NCBI GenBank assembly: GCA_030141605.1
Contig: JAQGDQ010000145.1
Coordinates: forward strand, 1-64,000
Reading direction: 5' to 3'
Source of the DNA: Tubiluchus corallicola
Taxonomy: Eukaryota; Animalia; Priapulida
DNA length: 64,000 bases
The position numbers were made by a program, and so were the translations under genes. Positions 38,982 through 52,700 of this stretch are shown here, piece by piece; position 1 is the stretch's first letter, and each line of letters begins with the position of its first letter. The notes under the pieces are model-generated. The model worked only from the letters and a program-made list of their open reading frames with translations, did no database searches and was not told where the DNA came from.

Positions 38982-40392
38982 AAATTAAGGTAATAAGATA
39001 CAAATTTTTAAGTTTGCTGACTTCCCTGCTTATATTTTCAGAATTAGGGGTTAAACAGAAACATTCATAGAAATCCTATATTTTTATTACTGCAATATCG
39101 AATGGGGTAGAAACACAATACCTGCAAAACAATACAATAATTGCACAGCTAGAATGATAAATTGATAATCCACGGAAAATAGGTAAATATGCTAACAAAC
39201 TGAAGGAAAAGACTTTTGCCATATTCAGTCAAAGTAGTGTAATTGAAAAGATCTGTACCGGCAGCTATGTCATGATCGAATGTGCACGTCTGTTTTAATC
39301 TAAACAATGCCAAAGTGTACATATACAGCAATGTTTTTATAACATGTAAAAAATAAATTATAAATCACTAGTCCATAAAAACGCTTTAAGCCAACAGTAT
39401 AGACATCAGAACTTGTGCAGTGTTAATTATGTAAGAAATGACATGAATGAAAAGAAAGAAAAAGATTGTTTGAAAAAAAGATGAATGTAGAATTAAGTGA
39501 GTGAATAGAGGAGAATCATAGATGAGCTTAAATACCCACGATTAACCAAATTTTATTTCAAAGTGGGAATGCCACGAGTCAATAAAATCTTTAAAATGAT
39601 AAAAACAAATACGGAGGGCGGATATACCAGCTACATCACATGCACACGTGAATACCACACACACGAAACCCGGCTCATACACATGCACAATGGAAACAGA
39701 AGTACTTTGTTGTACTATTAAAAGCCAGAGGAATCGAGCTGTATGCCACGAGTTCACATATTGTTATAATTTTCTGGCCTCCCACGAGCAGCTGAACAGG
39801 CTGTGCCACACATATGGTTTAGTGACTGCTTCTCTATGATTTTAATTTGTGGCTCGTTTGGTTCTGTCATCACCTAAAGTGATGCCTTGATGGCGCTGCT
39901 TTTGAAACCTAACAATGCACTCTGCGTGATGCGTTAATACTCCTAGGTGATTTGTAATACTTGTGTCGCCATCTACTAATACTATTATGAATTATACATT
40001 TATAATACAATTTTTTAAAACCGAACCGACACGAACTTGTTCATGCAAAAACCGAAAGGTTATTAGTGTGCCAATAATAATAACAATATGATTTTAATTC
40101 CTCGCAAAGCATAATAATAATTACAGACGTAGCTGACAAGTTTAGTTTAATAATTGTCAAGCAGATAATGAAGCAGTATTGTATTAATCCATGCAAGACG
40201 AGGCACAACAACGTACGTAGACGTAAAGGCACGCAAAAGATGTACACCCGCATTATGATCGATTAACTGGTAAAAAAGGGAGCGTTTAGTATTCTTTTAT
40301 ACTACAAGGATTGCTTGCTATTGCTGTATATTAATCAGTACTGACGATAGTCATTTCGTTGAATTCATTCCGTCCTACTCGCTGAAACGTGA

Positions 40393-40570
40393 TGTGTGGT
40401 CCTAGCACTCACGGCACGGCCACAAAGCAAGTAAATGGTATAATGATAGTCTGTGGCAGGGTACGTTGTACATACGCAATATGCAAACCTCATTTCACAC
40501 CGAGCGGTCGGGTTTCAATAACTATCTGTTCATCAACCAATCATCGTTCACGTCAGTTATGTGACGTCAC
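40393..40570. promoter_or_regulatory. Putative patched proximal promoter: Gli/Ci-like site, CCAAT box and CRE palindrome
   Basis: tgtgtggtc (GACCACACA on the minus strand, 8/9 to GACCACCCA) at 40393-40401, ccaat at ~40537, and gtgacgtcac at 40561-40570. All lie in a CpG-richer stretch ~200-400 bp upstream of the inferred ATG. Confidence 0.5.
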
Positions 40571-40769
40571 GGAGAGGGCAGAGCGTGAATGGCGAACTTC
40601 CACACAGTAGTATGAAAGTTATCATCCTACAGTGAAACTGTCTAAAGAAATGTTGAACTGTGGAAGTCGTGTGCTTGTGGCCATTGTGCAGATCGTTTTA
40701 TGTGCACCGAAAATGTAAATATTTTGACCATCGTTTGTGTATTTTTAGGCTCTTTATGAAGCCAAAACA

Positions 40770-43700
40770 ATGGATAGCTGGTCTAACCCAGCTTTTAGGA
40801 CTTCGCAGGTCGGTGTTCTTTTTTTCATTTTTATTTCTTTTATTGGTGTATGACGGGTAAGAAAAATAAACATTAAATTTTGTTATCCTCGCTATTCACA
40901 TATTTTCCTTGACTTAGTCACTACATGCTTTGGAGTTCCATAAGCATTCTTTAGAAGAACTTTGACTGGCAGCTTTCGTGACAGTGTGAGAGACCAGATG
41001 GTCCACGTAATTATTCTGTTAGATCTCTTTTATGATGACTTGGGCTTAAGTTCTAGAAATGTTGAAATGTTGATGCTTATAGTAGGTTCATTTTCTTATA
41101 GGATAATCGGCACTAATCTGTTACAATTATAGGTAAATATAATGGTGATTCACATTTTGAGGTTTCAATGCATTAATTTTGTGTTTTACAGGGTACGACT
41201 GCAGTCCGACTCCCAGTCCCAGCACGTAAGGAGGCATTCCATGTCAAGGTCAAACCAGATTTGGACCTCCTGACACGGACGAGCTGGTCTAATGCCAGGA
41301 TCGGATTGTCAGAAATCTATAAGGTGTATTGCGTTAAAATACAAATTCAAAAATTTGTAAAACAATTTGAGTGCTCGTTGATAGGTCATTAACATTTACT
41401 TACAACTTACCACAAATAATATTCATAATTTCTGGTGATCTACATACAGTTAGATACAGTAACAGATGGAGAAAGTGTATCCACTTGCAAGATGAAAGTT
41501 GAATCCACTTGCTTTGAGGTTGTAGTAGGAGTAATAGTAGCAGCAGCAGTAGTAGTAATAGACTGGATTATTAAAAGCACTTTCCCAGTTTAAAAACTGA
41601 ACACCTGTGTCTAAACGATAAGAAATAAGATTGCAATTGATTCTTTACAGATAAAAAAATCTCTAAGTAAATATTGAGAAATATATGAAGTATACTATAT
41701 TCTTAGCAGAAGCTATATAAATGAAGATGTGTTACATCAATAAAAAAGTGCAATATAAAATAATCTTTAACCATTGACCATTAAAAGCAGTGACTGTACA
41801 GATGTATGCTTGTCTTTTATGTTAAAGCTACAAGCTTACCAGTTACACACTTAGTTGAAGAAAGTATACCTTATACGTATGCCGTGTAAGTGTACCTTTT
41901 AGACCTGTTACGGTATGGATAAACACATTTGTGTAGACAGCACTAAAACTTTTGAAAGCAAAAAACATTCTAAAATTTCAATGAATTCCAAATGAGAAAG
42001 AATTAACATTGTTAGGATTTAACATCTGTTCAGTTTTGTGTCTCATTTACTTTAAAAACATTTAATTAAACATTCAAAAGGCTTGCAAAAATGTAAAAAG
42101 AGCAGTTTAGCAACACATTGATTGGGTCTGCAAATAAAAACATTTCTTCATTACTATAATTAAAACCTCGCTTATTTTAATTAGAAGTCTGAACTTAAAT
42201 CACATCCTTTGTCCTTTGAAATTGTTTAACAGCAACACTTTCATGTCTGTAAAGGTCCAGATTTTGTTCCCTCAAACTCAGCAAGACTTTAAAGACTAGA
42301 AAGCAATGTTTTGCCACTTTATAAAACATTGAAAAAAATTTATGTTTTCCTCACCAGAGCAACGGACAGAGGCAGTCCGAGATGTAGTAAACCATGTGTG
42401 ACCTTCTATTTAAAACAAGACAAGTGCATTGGCTGTCTATCGCTAAATCCAATTTTCTTTAATTATGGATCTATTTAATGACTTAAACTGCCAGATCAGC
42501 TTCTATCCTATGCAGACATAAGATTCCTGCACATTATCATATTCAAAGTACAAACATATCAAATTAATTATGCAAATATAATGTGCAAATAAGATATTCA
42601 TATAATCATAGCTGAAAAACAGCCACATTCAGTGGCATATAAAGCACTCAGTATGTGGAGTAAAACAATATAGGAATCATCCAGTTTACATCATGGTCTT
42701 CACCAGAGAAAATAAAAATTTGTTGCCAAAATAAAAAAGTGTGACTTGATTCTCTAGATTATGGTATCTGTAATTCTTTTAGTGAATGTGTATGATGGCC
42801 GAATAGAGCAGAGGAACTTAAGGCAAAAATTATTGAGTGCTACGGACGACCAAATTATCCCTTAAAGAAGTGAGAAATAATGTCAGCTGTTGGAAGAAAG
42901 GCCTTCCTTTAGTTTGCGTTGCAAATTGTTGACACATAGAGCACTTGCTGTAAATTTTAACAGTAGTGACACACAAAGTTTTCTCTGGCATTTATTCTTT
43001 TAACTTGTTATTTTAAAACTTCTGTTTCTTTGGAAAAATTTAAGGGAATGACCTTAAACCTTTGGTGTTTATACATAAGTGTAGCATCAGCTTAGCACTT
43101 TCAAACAATTTCCATATTTTCTTATAATATCACAATTAACAAAATTTTCATACATTTTTGTGCCACATGATATAATTTGATTTTATTTAAAACGGTTTTA
43201 TTATTTCAGGGTCGAGCGCATGGTAACAAGCCGGCATTATGGCTGCGGATGCACATGCAACACCATCTGTATCATCTTGGTTGTTCTATTCATCGGCATG
43301 CTGGAAAAGTACTCTTTGTTGGACTATTATTATTATCAGCGTTTTGTGTTGGACTTAGGTCAGCTAAAATTGAGACTGACATTAACAACTTATGGGTGCA
43401 AGGTAATGAACAACTGTTTTTAATTTGTGTCTGGGCCATAAATGTGCTTCAGATCATATTAGATTTACCTGTGCTCAAATTTTTTAAATGAGCCTTTTCA
43501 CGGGTCCAGTGATTGCCAATGGTCATGAAAAGGTCAAAGGTTAAGTGAACCAGTTAACGCATTTGTGTACACTTGACAGTGTACACTAGAACCTTACCTA
43601 GTTCATTTTTCTTGTTTCCAAGCAAGATCCTGCTTGTAAATCGCTTTGTCCTCTGACTAATGTATAATCAAGTAAAGTCCGCATAAAACAATTGAAATTG

Positions 43701-46700
43701 CCGAATTAATGCGGCAGACGGCTTTGCTTTACACACGTTACATGACGGTTGTAGTTAAGACGCTATGCTGGTGTGCACTTAACCTTTGACTTACAGCAAC
43801 TGTGCATGCACACAAAGAAACTGTAAAGGCTTATTGATAAAGTTAACTTTTTATTAGGCCCAAGTAAAAAATATAATAAAAATTAGAAACTCTGCATTCT
43901 TACCATCACTGTTGTGGCAATAGTCACTTTGCTGAATATACATAACAACTTTTTAGTGTCTGTTTATATGTAGAACGGTTTTCTGCTATTTCATGCCATT
44001 AATTGTTCTGTGTTATTTCAAATTGCATCATTTATACAAAGTGGAGAAAACTCGATTGGCACACTGTTTCCCACTCTGATTACTCTCACAACAATATTTT
44101 ATAAAAGCTGCACAGATTTTCTGCAAGCAACTATTCAGAAATGGGCTTCGTATAAATTTCTGAAAAAAAATCTTAAAAACCACTTCTATTTAAATGAAGG
44201 GCCATGCAAAAATGTACAAATTCCCTTTACGAGAAACCGCTACAAAAATCCCACAGGAAACTGATCTATATATAAATGAACTCTTTGTCTTTAGATCTCA
44301 ATTTGATCGCTATTGGTCTGTGAATGTCACTAAATGATGATATAAATAAGTCATCTATTCCAACACTTTCCTCTTCATAAAATTCAGATAGCCAAACCAT
44401 CTAAACCATGTATTGCCAATCAGTCATCAGACATTATTCTTTAACCATAGTAGTGGCCTAGAGCTGCAATCGGACTAAACTTAGAAAGCGACAAAAATCA
44501 GTTTCCAGTTTCTTCATAATGGAAAACCTAGTAAAGATGGAAGCCCACCTGTAGTTTGAAGGGCAATTTTCTTGTATTATTGCCTGTATTATAATGACCA
44601 TTCAACATCTGTGTAAACAAAATCTAGTTTTCCTGTTTGCTAAAGGTTGGCATCTGTTGTTCTGCCCTACAAAAGTACTAGAAAATTTGAAAAAAAATCT
44701 TACAAACAGTTTGTTTGAAGAATTTGGAAGTGCCTGTGCTCGATCCATGGCTCTGCTGGACTGCCACATCTTTAGAGTTTAGACCAAGAGAGTTTTTTCT
44801 AATTATCGCTTACATTTTTGCTACCATTCAGCCTCACAATCAATTGAAGCGAACGTCTTCTTTTTTCAGCTGGTGGACGTTTAAGTTTAGAGTTAAAGTA
44901 CGTTAAAGATAATCTGGGAGAAGGGACTGGTTCTACAAGCCAGATACTCATTCAGACGCCAAAGAGACAAGGAGCGAACACCTTGACAAAAGAAGCACTT
45001 CTTGTAAGTAACATTTTTGCCCTAAGATTGTTGCTATTAAATGGTATCCACTTTGCTTGACTATTTAAGGCCTTGTTCCTCAGTATAAGTCATTGGAAGA
45101 TACTGAGAAATAAGTTCCTATGTTGTCCTATGTTGGTTGGCCTTGTTGCCATGGACAGAAAAGAGTACCCTGATGAACTGAAAAATACGCCATTACGTTA
45201 AACAAAAAAGCCTGTGTATGGTTGCTATGTTTGCATATTTCTCGAGAAGTTGAGACTGTATTTGCGTTGGATTGTACCGTCACAGTGACAAGGTGACTAA
45301 AGTCACTAAATATTACGTAGTTGGCTGGGATAATCATAGTGTGTATTCTCACATTGTTGAGCCGACTTAAAACCACTGTTTGTATTTACATGTATTTATT
45401 GTTGAGCTTGTGCTAGTGAAAGACTTTGGTGAAATGTAAAAGAAAAGAATGAACACTCAGGCTCAAGCTTGGACAAAATAAGTACCAAACTGTGATCAGT
45501 ACTTCTAGTACAATTAGTAATTATTATTCCAATTCAGCTCAGTCGAAAGTTCTAAAATTTTCTAATCTGTATGTCACTTTTTGTGCAGCGTTTTATGGAG
45601 CTGTTCGTTATATAGACGTAAGTAGCTATTTACTGCAATTGTGATCAAGTCTTTTAGCTAAGACTTCTTAGTTGTTGTGTCAACAGAACTATAATTAACA
45701 TCTTTTAAACTGCATTAAATCTCATTAATAAATGAATTTATACATTCCACTTGGCACTTTATGCCATTACATGTCATTACACAGCCACTTAGCCTGACAA
45801 AAGCTCAACTAACAAGAGAATTGTTTAAGCCTATTCTTTGTTTCAAGGCAACAGACGGGCATTATCTTTGTACCAAATCTAATTTGCTTACTGTTGCTAA
45901 TTACTTTCAAACTCTAGCCAGTACCTTCTTGCATGTTTCAAGCTAGTGTCAAATTCGAAAAGCTATTTACTTTTTTGTGTTTAAGTTTAAAAAAAATGTT
46001 TCTTTGCCTGCCTATTTCAAATTGAAATGTTAATTTGCTAAAGACTTTGACATGCCCTGGGCTACAATGTATTGATTTTTTTTACATTTTCTGTACATAG
46101 CTATTAAAAAGAAAGTGTTTTTTTAATTTTGTTTACAAACATTAAATTATGTTATCTTGTTGTTTACAGATACACTTAGAGGCAGCATTAGTCGCAACTC
46201 AGGTAGAAGTCAACATGTACGACACGTGAGTATTATGTTTATCATTTCTTATGTGTAAGATAGTTTTCACGCATTTGAACTTATGTCAAGTAAAAGCTAC
46301 AAGTGGTTTTGTTACTCTTAAGTTGGTGTCAACTATTCATATGTACAGTTTGTGGTAGTAGTTGTACTAACTGTAGTTCTTTATGAACTTATTTTATTGG
46401 CATTAGTAACTTAATAAGATCTCTAACGTTAATGTATCTTCACATAAGAGAATGTTGGAAAGTCGTTTTAGCATTTCTTGTTTTTTAGGTCATGGAAGTT
46501 AAAAGATTTGTGTTATTCACCACCACCACCAATTTTTGGTGATTATAATATGGACGACGTAAGTTATAGTTGCATAGTTAGTTTAGTCACAGATTAGTTT
46601 GATCTCATACGAAATTTGACCACTTGTAAAACAGATCAGTTGCAAACAAATAGAAATAATCTGTTATGGAAGATGTGGTAGGCGAGTGGTAAGGCGCTCG

Positions 46701-49700
46701 GGTGGGTTCGAATCTTTCGTATTTTACGAGCCATTTACCACTTGAACATGACACTCTAGCTGTCTTTCTGCCAAGCCTTAATTGAATACTTGTCATGTAC
46801 TGGGGGAAAACATGGCCGAACAATAGACTATCCACCTGTCCTATTGTACCAAGATTACAAATGTAGATGGCGTGCCTATCTAATGGCAGGGGCCAGTTGT
46901 GCTCTTCTTTTTTATTGTGAACTATCACTTGATATGGTAACAGAAAGTTTAATTAAATTCTTTTTGTCTGTATAATATGACATGGAGTGTCAGCCCATCC
47001 TAGCCATACTTTACTCTAACAAATTTTGTATATATGTACATATAAAACTCTTTTATTGCAGATACTGCAAAAGTTATTTCCCTGTGTTATTATTACACCA
47101 CTGGACTGTTTTTGGGAAGGATCAAAGCTCCTAGGACCTTGGCGGCCCATTACAATGCCGTAAGTGAAATTTCTTGATGATATCAATGCAAAATATGTAT
47201 TTAAATGTTTTGGAGTGGCATGTCCCCCACACTTGTTCACAAATTATTCTTTGAGTCATATGGCAGTTATAGTAGAGGCGGATACCTGTAACTGACCAAA
47301 AGAAAATGCAGCATTTTTCTCCAAATTAGCTGGCATCTAACGATATCATTAATTAGTCATATTATGACTGTGATTGCCTGTTTCGTTAAACATTATAGTA
47401 ACATTAACTTTCACAGCATTGTTTTATGTCTTATTATTATCAATGCTCAGATAAGCCTAATATTTTCAGAACTTTTTTATAAACATATTGCCATTGGTAT
47501 CTACTGTATTTGCAATAATGAAGCATGAATTCTTGCAAAACGGGAAACCATGAAATCAAAAATCACAATTTCCATCTTCTATACCTTGCAAAATCAGTTG
47601 TATTATGTGGCATTTGAATAGCAGACTTATTGTTTTGTCTTTCAGCTGGAAAATAAAAAAACAACAATGTATTTTATATAAATGATCAACATATGCATGT
47701 CTTTCAGTTGGAAAATAAAAAAACAACAATGTATTTTATATAAATGATCAACATATGCATTGTTCATACACACACGTACATTGTACACATGTAGTAACCT
47801 GTACTACACACAGTTAACTCTAATCATAAACACCACCCTGCCGATAATTAAAAAAACAATACTTGTAAACAATGACTGATGCTATTGATAGTATGCACTG
47901 TCTTCACAAATTATAGTATCTAGGCCTTGGTGTATCCATGTATAACAGTCTGTATGCAAAGCTCATTGAATAGGATCACACAACAAAGAACTCAACTGTG
48001 AACTTGTGAAGTGTTGTCTTGACAGGTAACAGTCACCTGTTTTGCTGTAATGCATTCAGTAGACATACTAGAGAAGGGCAGGTGCATCATCCTGTATACT
48101 TATACTTTGGTGTTATAACTTGGTATTGTAAAAAGCTTAATTGTAGATGACAGGTGGTGGTTCACCTGCATCTGAAACTTAATTTTGGAATTTTGTGTTT
48201 TTCCAAAATTTATAATACTGGTCGGTTCTTCAGCTATAGCATCTGCAATTGCGGTCGAGGTTTAAATTTATTAGTCCTATAATTACCTTAATTGTCGTAA
48301 GGGAAGTATAATTATATTGTGGCATTTTTGATATTTTATTGTTGCAGGGCTGAGTGTTGTTCTGTTTAGTTTGGTTGTGTTTGTACTGTTAGTGCGATTA
48401 GCATTGTACCTACGTCGTTTTTTCTTGTAGAGTTTATGAGAAGCTTAAATAAAAATCAAGAGATGTGCATTACGTCGCGCACACCAGCGTAGTGCCAACT
48501 TTACTATCTTTCGCTTATCAAAACAACCGTATCATGTGCATAACCTCGCTCAGTTTAGTGGTGGCATGATTTCTTGAAAATTCGACGGCTAAGTTTGAAT
48601 ACAGTAAACAAATCCCGATTCTCCTCTTTCCCTCCCGACATAAAAGTCGACATTAATTGTTTCTGACGTGCTGCTCGCATTTTAATTGATTGGGAAATTA
48701 ATAATGAAGAATGGACCTCAGATTAGAATTCTGCGGTGGGTAGGGCGGCTCCTGGGTGAGGGGTTATCTCTGTTGCTGCTTGTATTGATTTTGTGTCAAT
48801 GGTTATTATGTTTTTAACTCTTGTTTCATTTACTAAGGTTGGTTTAACTACCTGTCCGGTGGAAGTTTATTTGTTTTGTTGTTATACGTCCGCTAAAGTT
48901 ACCTGGGTGCCGTGCTTCCCCCGTGTTCCGCCCTGTGCGGTTTGCATTGCTAGGCCTCCCACGCGCATCAGCGTGTGTGGCCTGACAGCTTGACTAGCAA
49001 GCTAACAGCACTGACGTTGGCGGCTCTAGCTGCTGCATCCTGGCAGCGGGTAGACGAAAACAGATGAAAGATATTTATAACTGCGTCCTTCTCGCGCACG
49101 TGGTGTGCGTTTTATTTTCTGACTTCTGGTATTGTTTATACATTGTTGCATAGCTCTCTGTCACTGTTGTTCGTTATTGGTTTCGCCTACCCTCGTGGTA
49201 ACGTCATCCCAACCCACCCAACTCGAATATTTACTTCATTTTTCTTTTCTTTATTTTGGTGCTAGCGTAATCTGCAACGCTGCAATTATTGCTTCCTTTA
49301 TTGCAGTCATAGAATCAGCACTCAGTATTGAATCGAATGGTTGCCAGAAGTTAAAATTGCTAGTCTGTAATCTGTGACACTTGCCGTTTAAGTAGTGAAT
49401 AATTAATCATCCTGTAATAGCGTTCTGTGTTGGAATTATTATTCCTTCTTTGTATTCCTGTTCTGGGTTAGGTGGCCGAGTGGTTTAGATTTCAGACTGC
49501 AATCCACGTAGTCTTGAGTTCGAGGCTAATGGCTGCAAAGCCAGGACCTTACATGTTATTCCCTATTTGTGTGTGGCGTTTTTACCTGTATTGTTGTAAG
49601 TGTAGTCGCTAAATAGCCGTTAGTGCTAATGGTGTCTACTGAACGAGCGCTGGTTAAATAAATCTTGTCTTCTTTTCTTTTCATTTGTTTCGCAGTCCTG

Positions 49701-52700
49701 CTATAATATATCTATAGTTCGTCTTGTTTTATTTTCTGCTCTTAATATAAAATAAATAGCTGCGTTTCCCTCCTATATGTCTCTTTTGTCGCGATGACGT
49801 ATGCATACAGATGAAGCGAGACGTGCTTCGTCTACTTAACATTCACAATGCAAATTTAATGCGTAATAACCAGATTAATGAAAACTAGCGAAAAAAACAA
49901 GATATGATACTTTTTGAAGTTACAATTTATTTATTAAATGTATTAAAACGGTTACATATTACACGTAAATTTGTACACACGCTTATAAAAATACATTCTA
50001 CATATAAAACAATAAGATTACAATAAAAGCACTCAAGAAAAGGAGCGGGTGAAGTAAAAACTTAAAAAGGTTGCAGTCACATGGAAAAAACACAGGTTAG
50101 CAAACAAAAACACAGCAAAAAACATAGACTCTATTATGCTCTCATTTCTCAGATCGAACATTCAGTGAAATGACAACTATCTCCTTGAACACCAAATTTC
50201 TGTATTACAAAACAATTCAGTAAATTATATGAAACATGTATTTATTTGATTATATGACATTTATTAAGTGTTTCATTGGGTAATTTTTGCTGGCATTAAA
50301 ACTACGATGGCGAAGCATGTCTCGACTTTTAGCATCCAGCTTAATTACACAACAGGCTAAACCAGATGAAGCCTGCCTGTTAACTTATGCTAAACCATGG
50401 CAAGGCTGTATTATGTAAATGTTACTAGCAGTAAGATGCCATGAATGCAGGCTGCTGTTTTAATAACTGCGTTAAACGATCACGTTAGCAAATAGACCTA
50501 GATACTTGCTATTGAATTACAAAATGCCATTTTTAGTGCAGAAGTTGCATTTTGAGTGGAATTCTGTAAACATTAACTTTGTCTGGGCCTGTTAAATAGA
50601 AGTCGTGTAATAGTTTTGTAATCTTATATTACTGTTTTACCTGATACATAAGTGCCCAATGTTCTCTTTGAAATGCAGTAGTAATAAGTCATATCACAAC
50701 AAGATTTTGTGTGCAAAAATGCATTAATTTTCCAATATTTTCTATTGTTTCTTCATGATAGTTGTTACCGACACATGTTCACCATTATTGTAGAATGTAT
50801 GTGAGGATGAAAAACAAAATAGTATTGTTGCTTATAAAACTGAAAGTTCTTTGACTTCAACGAAGCACATGGGTAACATGCAGATAATAATAAAAGTGAT
50901 GTTCTTGGACAAATCACTACTTTTCATTGCCCATGGCTTGATCTCTTAGATATTGCTGTCTAATATTTTTATCTTTGCTTATTCTGTTCACTGAGCCATC
51001 AATCTACGCCCAGCCTGCTTTTGTCAATAAAATGTTTCTTAGTTTACTGTGTAGAAAAAAACGTGATTTGGAACTCTGCATTGTGCCTAAAACTTATTTG
51101 TTGTAGTGGATTGTCTTGTATTGTGTTGTGTTGTTGTGCTGCATTGTGTTGTATGTGTTGCATCATATTATATTATACATACTGCAATGAGGATTCGTAC
51201 TGCTTCAGTCATTCTTTTCTTTTTTTAGGTTATACGATGGGAGTTTGTCGTGGACAAAATTACATCCAGAAAAGCTAGTCAAGGAAATGGAAAACTTGGT
51301 GGCGTTTCCTCAGGCAACAGCTCTTAGAGATTTTCTGCACAGGGTATTTACCTTACTGTTCGTTTTATCATGTTTTGTGATCGAACTTTTGAGAGCATGT
51401 ATGTTATGAGCTATGCATTATCAGTACATTCTGTATTGAAGTTCAAACATTAACCTTTTGATTATAGCCATACAAGAGCGACCGAACAAATGTTAAAAAC
51501 TAAAAAAGTAGCAAGGAAAAATTAATAAAAAAAATTGGTGTCTGAACTGAAGAATAAAAATGTGTACAGTATTCGAGATCGTCTCTAAAATACTGGTGAG
51601 TACTATGAAAACAGAAAAGAAATATAATTTTTGAAAAAATATGTACAAATGAAGTAAGTTACAAATTTATCAGCAATGCATTCTATGGCTTAAAGGGCAC
51701 TGAAGCTGAAAGTTTTATCTCCTGACAATTTTGCAATTTTTTCTTGGTTCCTTGGTCCTGAGCACATTATATTTAACTTATTTACTGAGCTTGGAACTGG
51801 AGGATGCTGTGAATTCAAACACGTTAGTTAAGAAGTTGATCGTATTTGTCTTGATGGCTGTATTATTCATTGAAACAAGTAGTTGCTTTCTTCCTTTGAC
51901 AAGTGTCTAGTCAATGGAGTTTCCCTAGCATGAGTATAGCATGATCATATTTACTCAGCTGTATCCAGTACCCTTGTAGTGGTATTCTGAACTAGTTGAA
52001 GAGGCATGTAGTCTGAGGTAGACCAAACAATAAAGCATTGTTAAAATCTATGGGTAACATCAATACAAAGATCTATTTAAGAGCATAAGGGAGCTAAAGG
52101 GCAGTTTCAATTTTCTTTTCAATTTTAAAGAGGCTATACGTATTGTACAACATTCTTTAGTAGTGTGTGACAGAGGTTACAAGCATTCCTAAGCACCTAA
52201 TCTGTGGCTTGCACTTTTGCAACTCGTTTATAATTATTATAGCAATATCTTGTATTTATCTGTTATATGCTGCAAAAAGTTTTGTTCTAATGAACTTAAA
52301 TTTAACTGCTACACAAAAAGCCATGTGTTGCTTGACAATTTATAGTATGGATTGCAAGGCTCTTTAATATTTAAAAATTTATTTCTGTAAATTTTCTTCA
52401 AAGTCTTCAAAGTCATATTGTCTACTGATTATACACAAACCTAGCAATAAACTTATAGGTCACAATGGTATAATTATGAATTCAGAAAATCTGCAATCGG
52501 AAGTAAAGGCACAACCGATGAAATAAAAACAAACGGGTAACAAAACAAAATGAAGTGGATCTTACAGAAGTCTGTGTCCTTCTGATTCATTTGGAACAGC
52601 ACTTTAATTACATTTGACTATTGTGTTGTGCAAATAAAGTTCTTTCGTTTGTAAAAATTAAACCAAAACATTTATGTTAACTAATGAATATTGTTAATCT

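Noticed and set aside
40850-41132. Alternative patched first exons (ATGACGG|gtaag near 40850; exon-like 41102-41132)
   Set aside because: Wrong phase or an in-frame stop relative to the phase-0 exon at 41192; the 40770-40808 exon fits.
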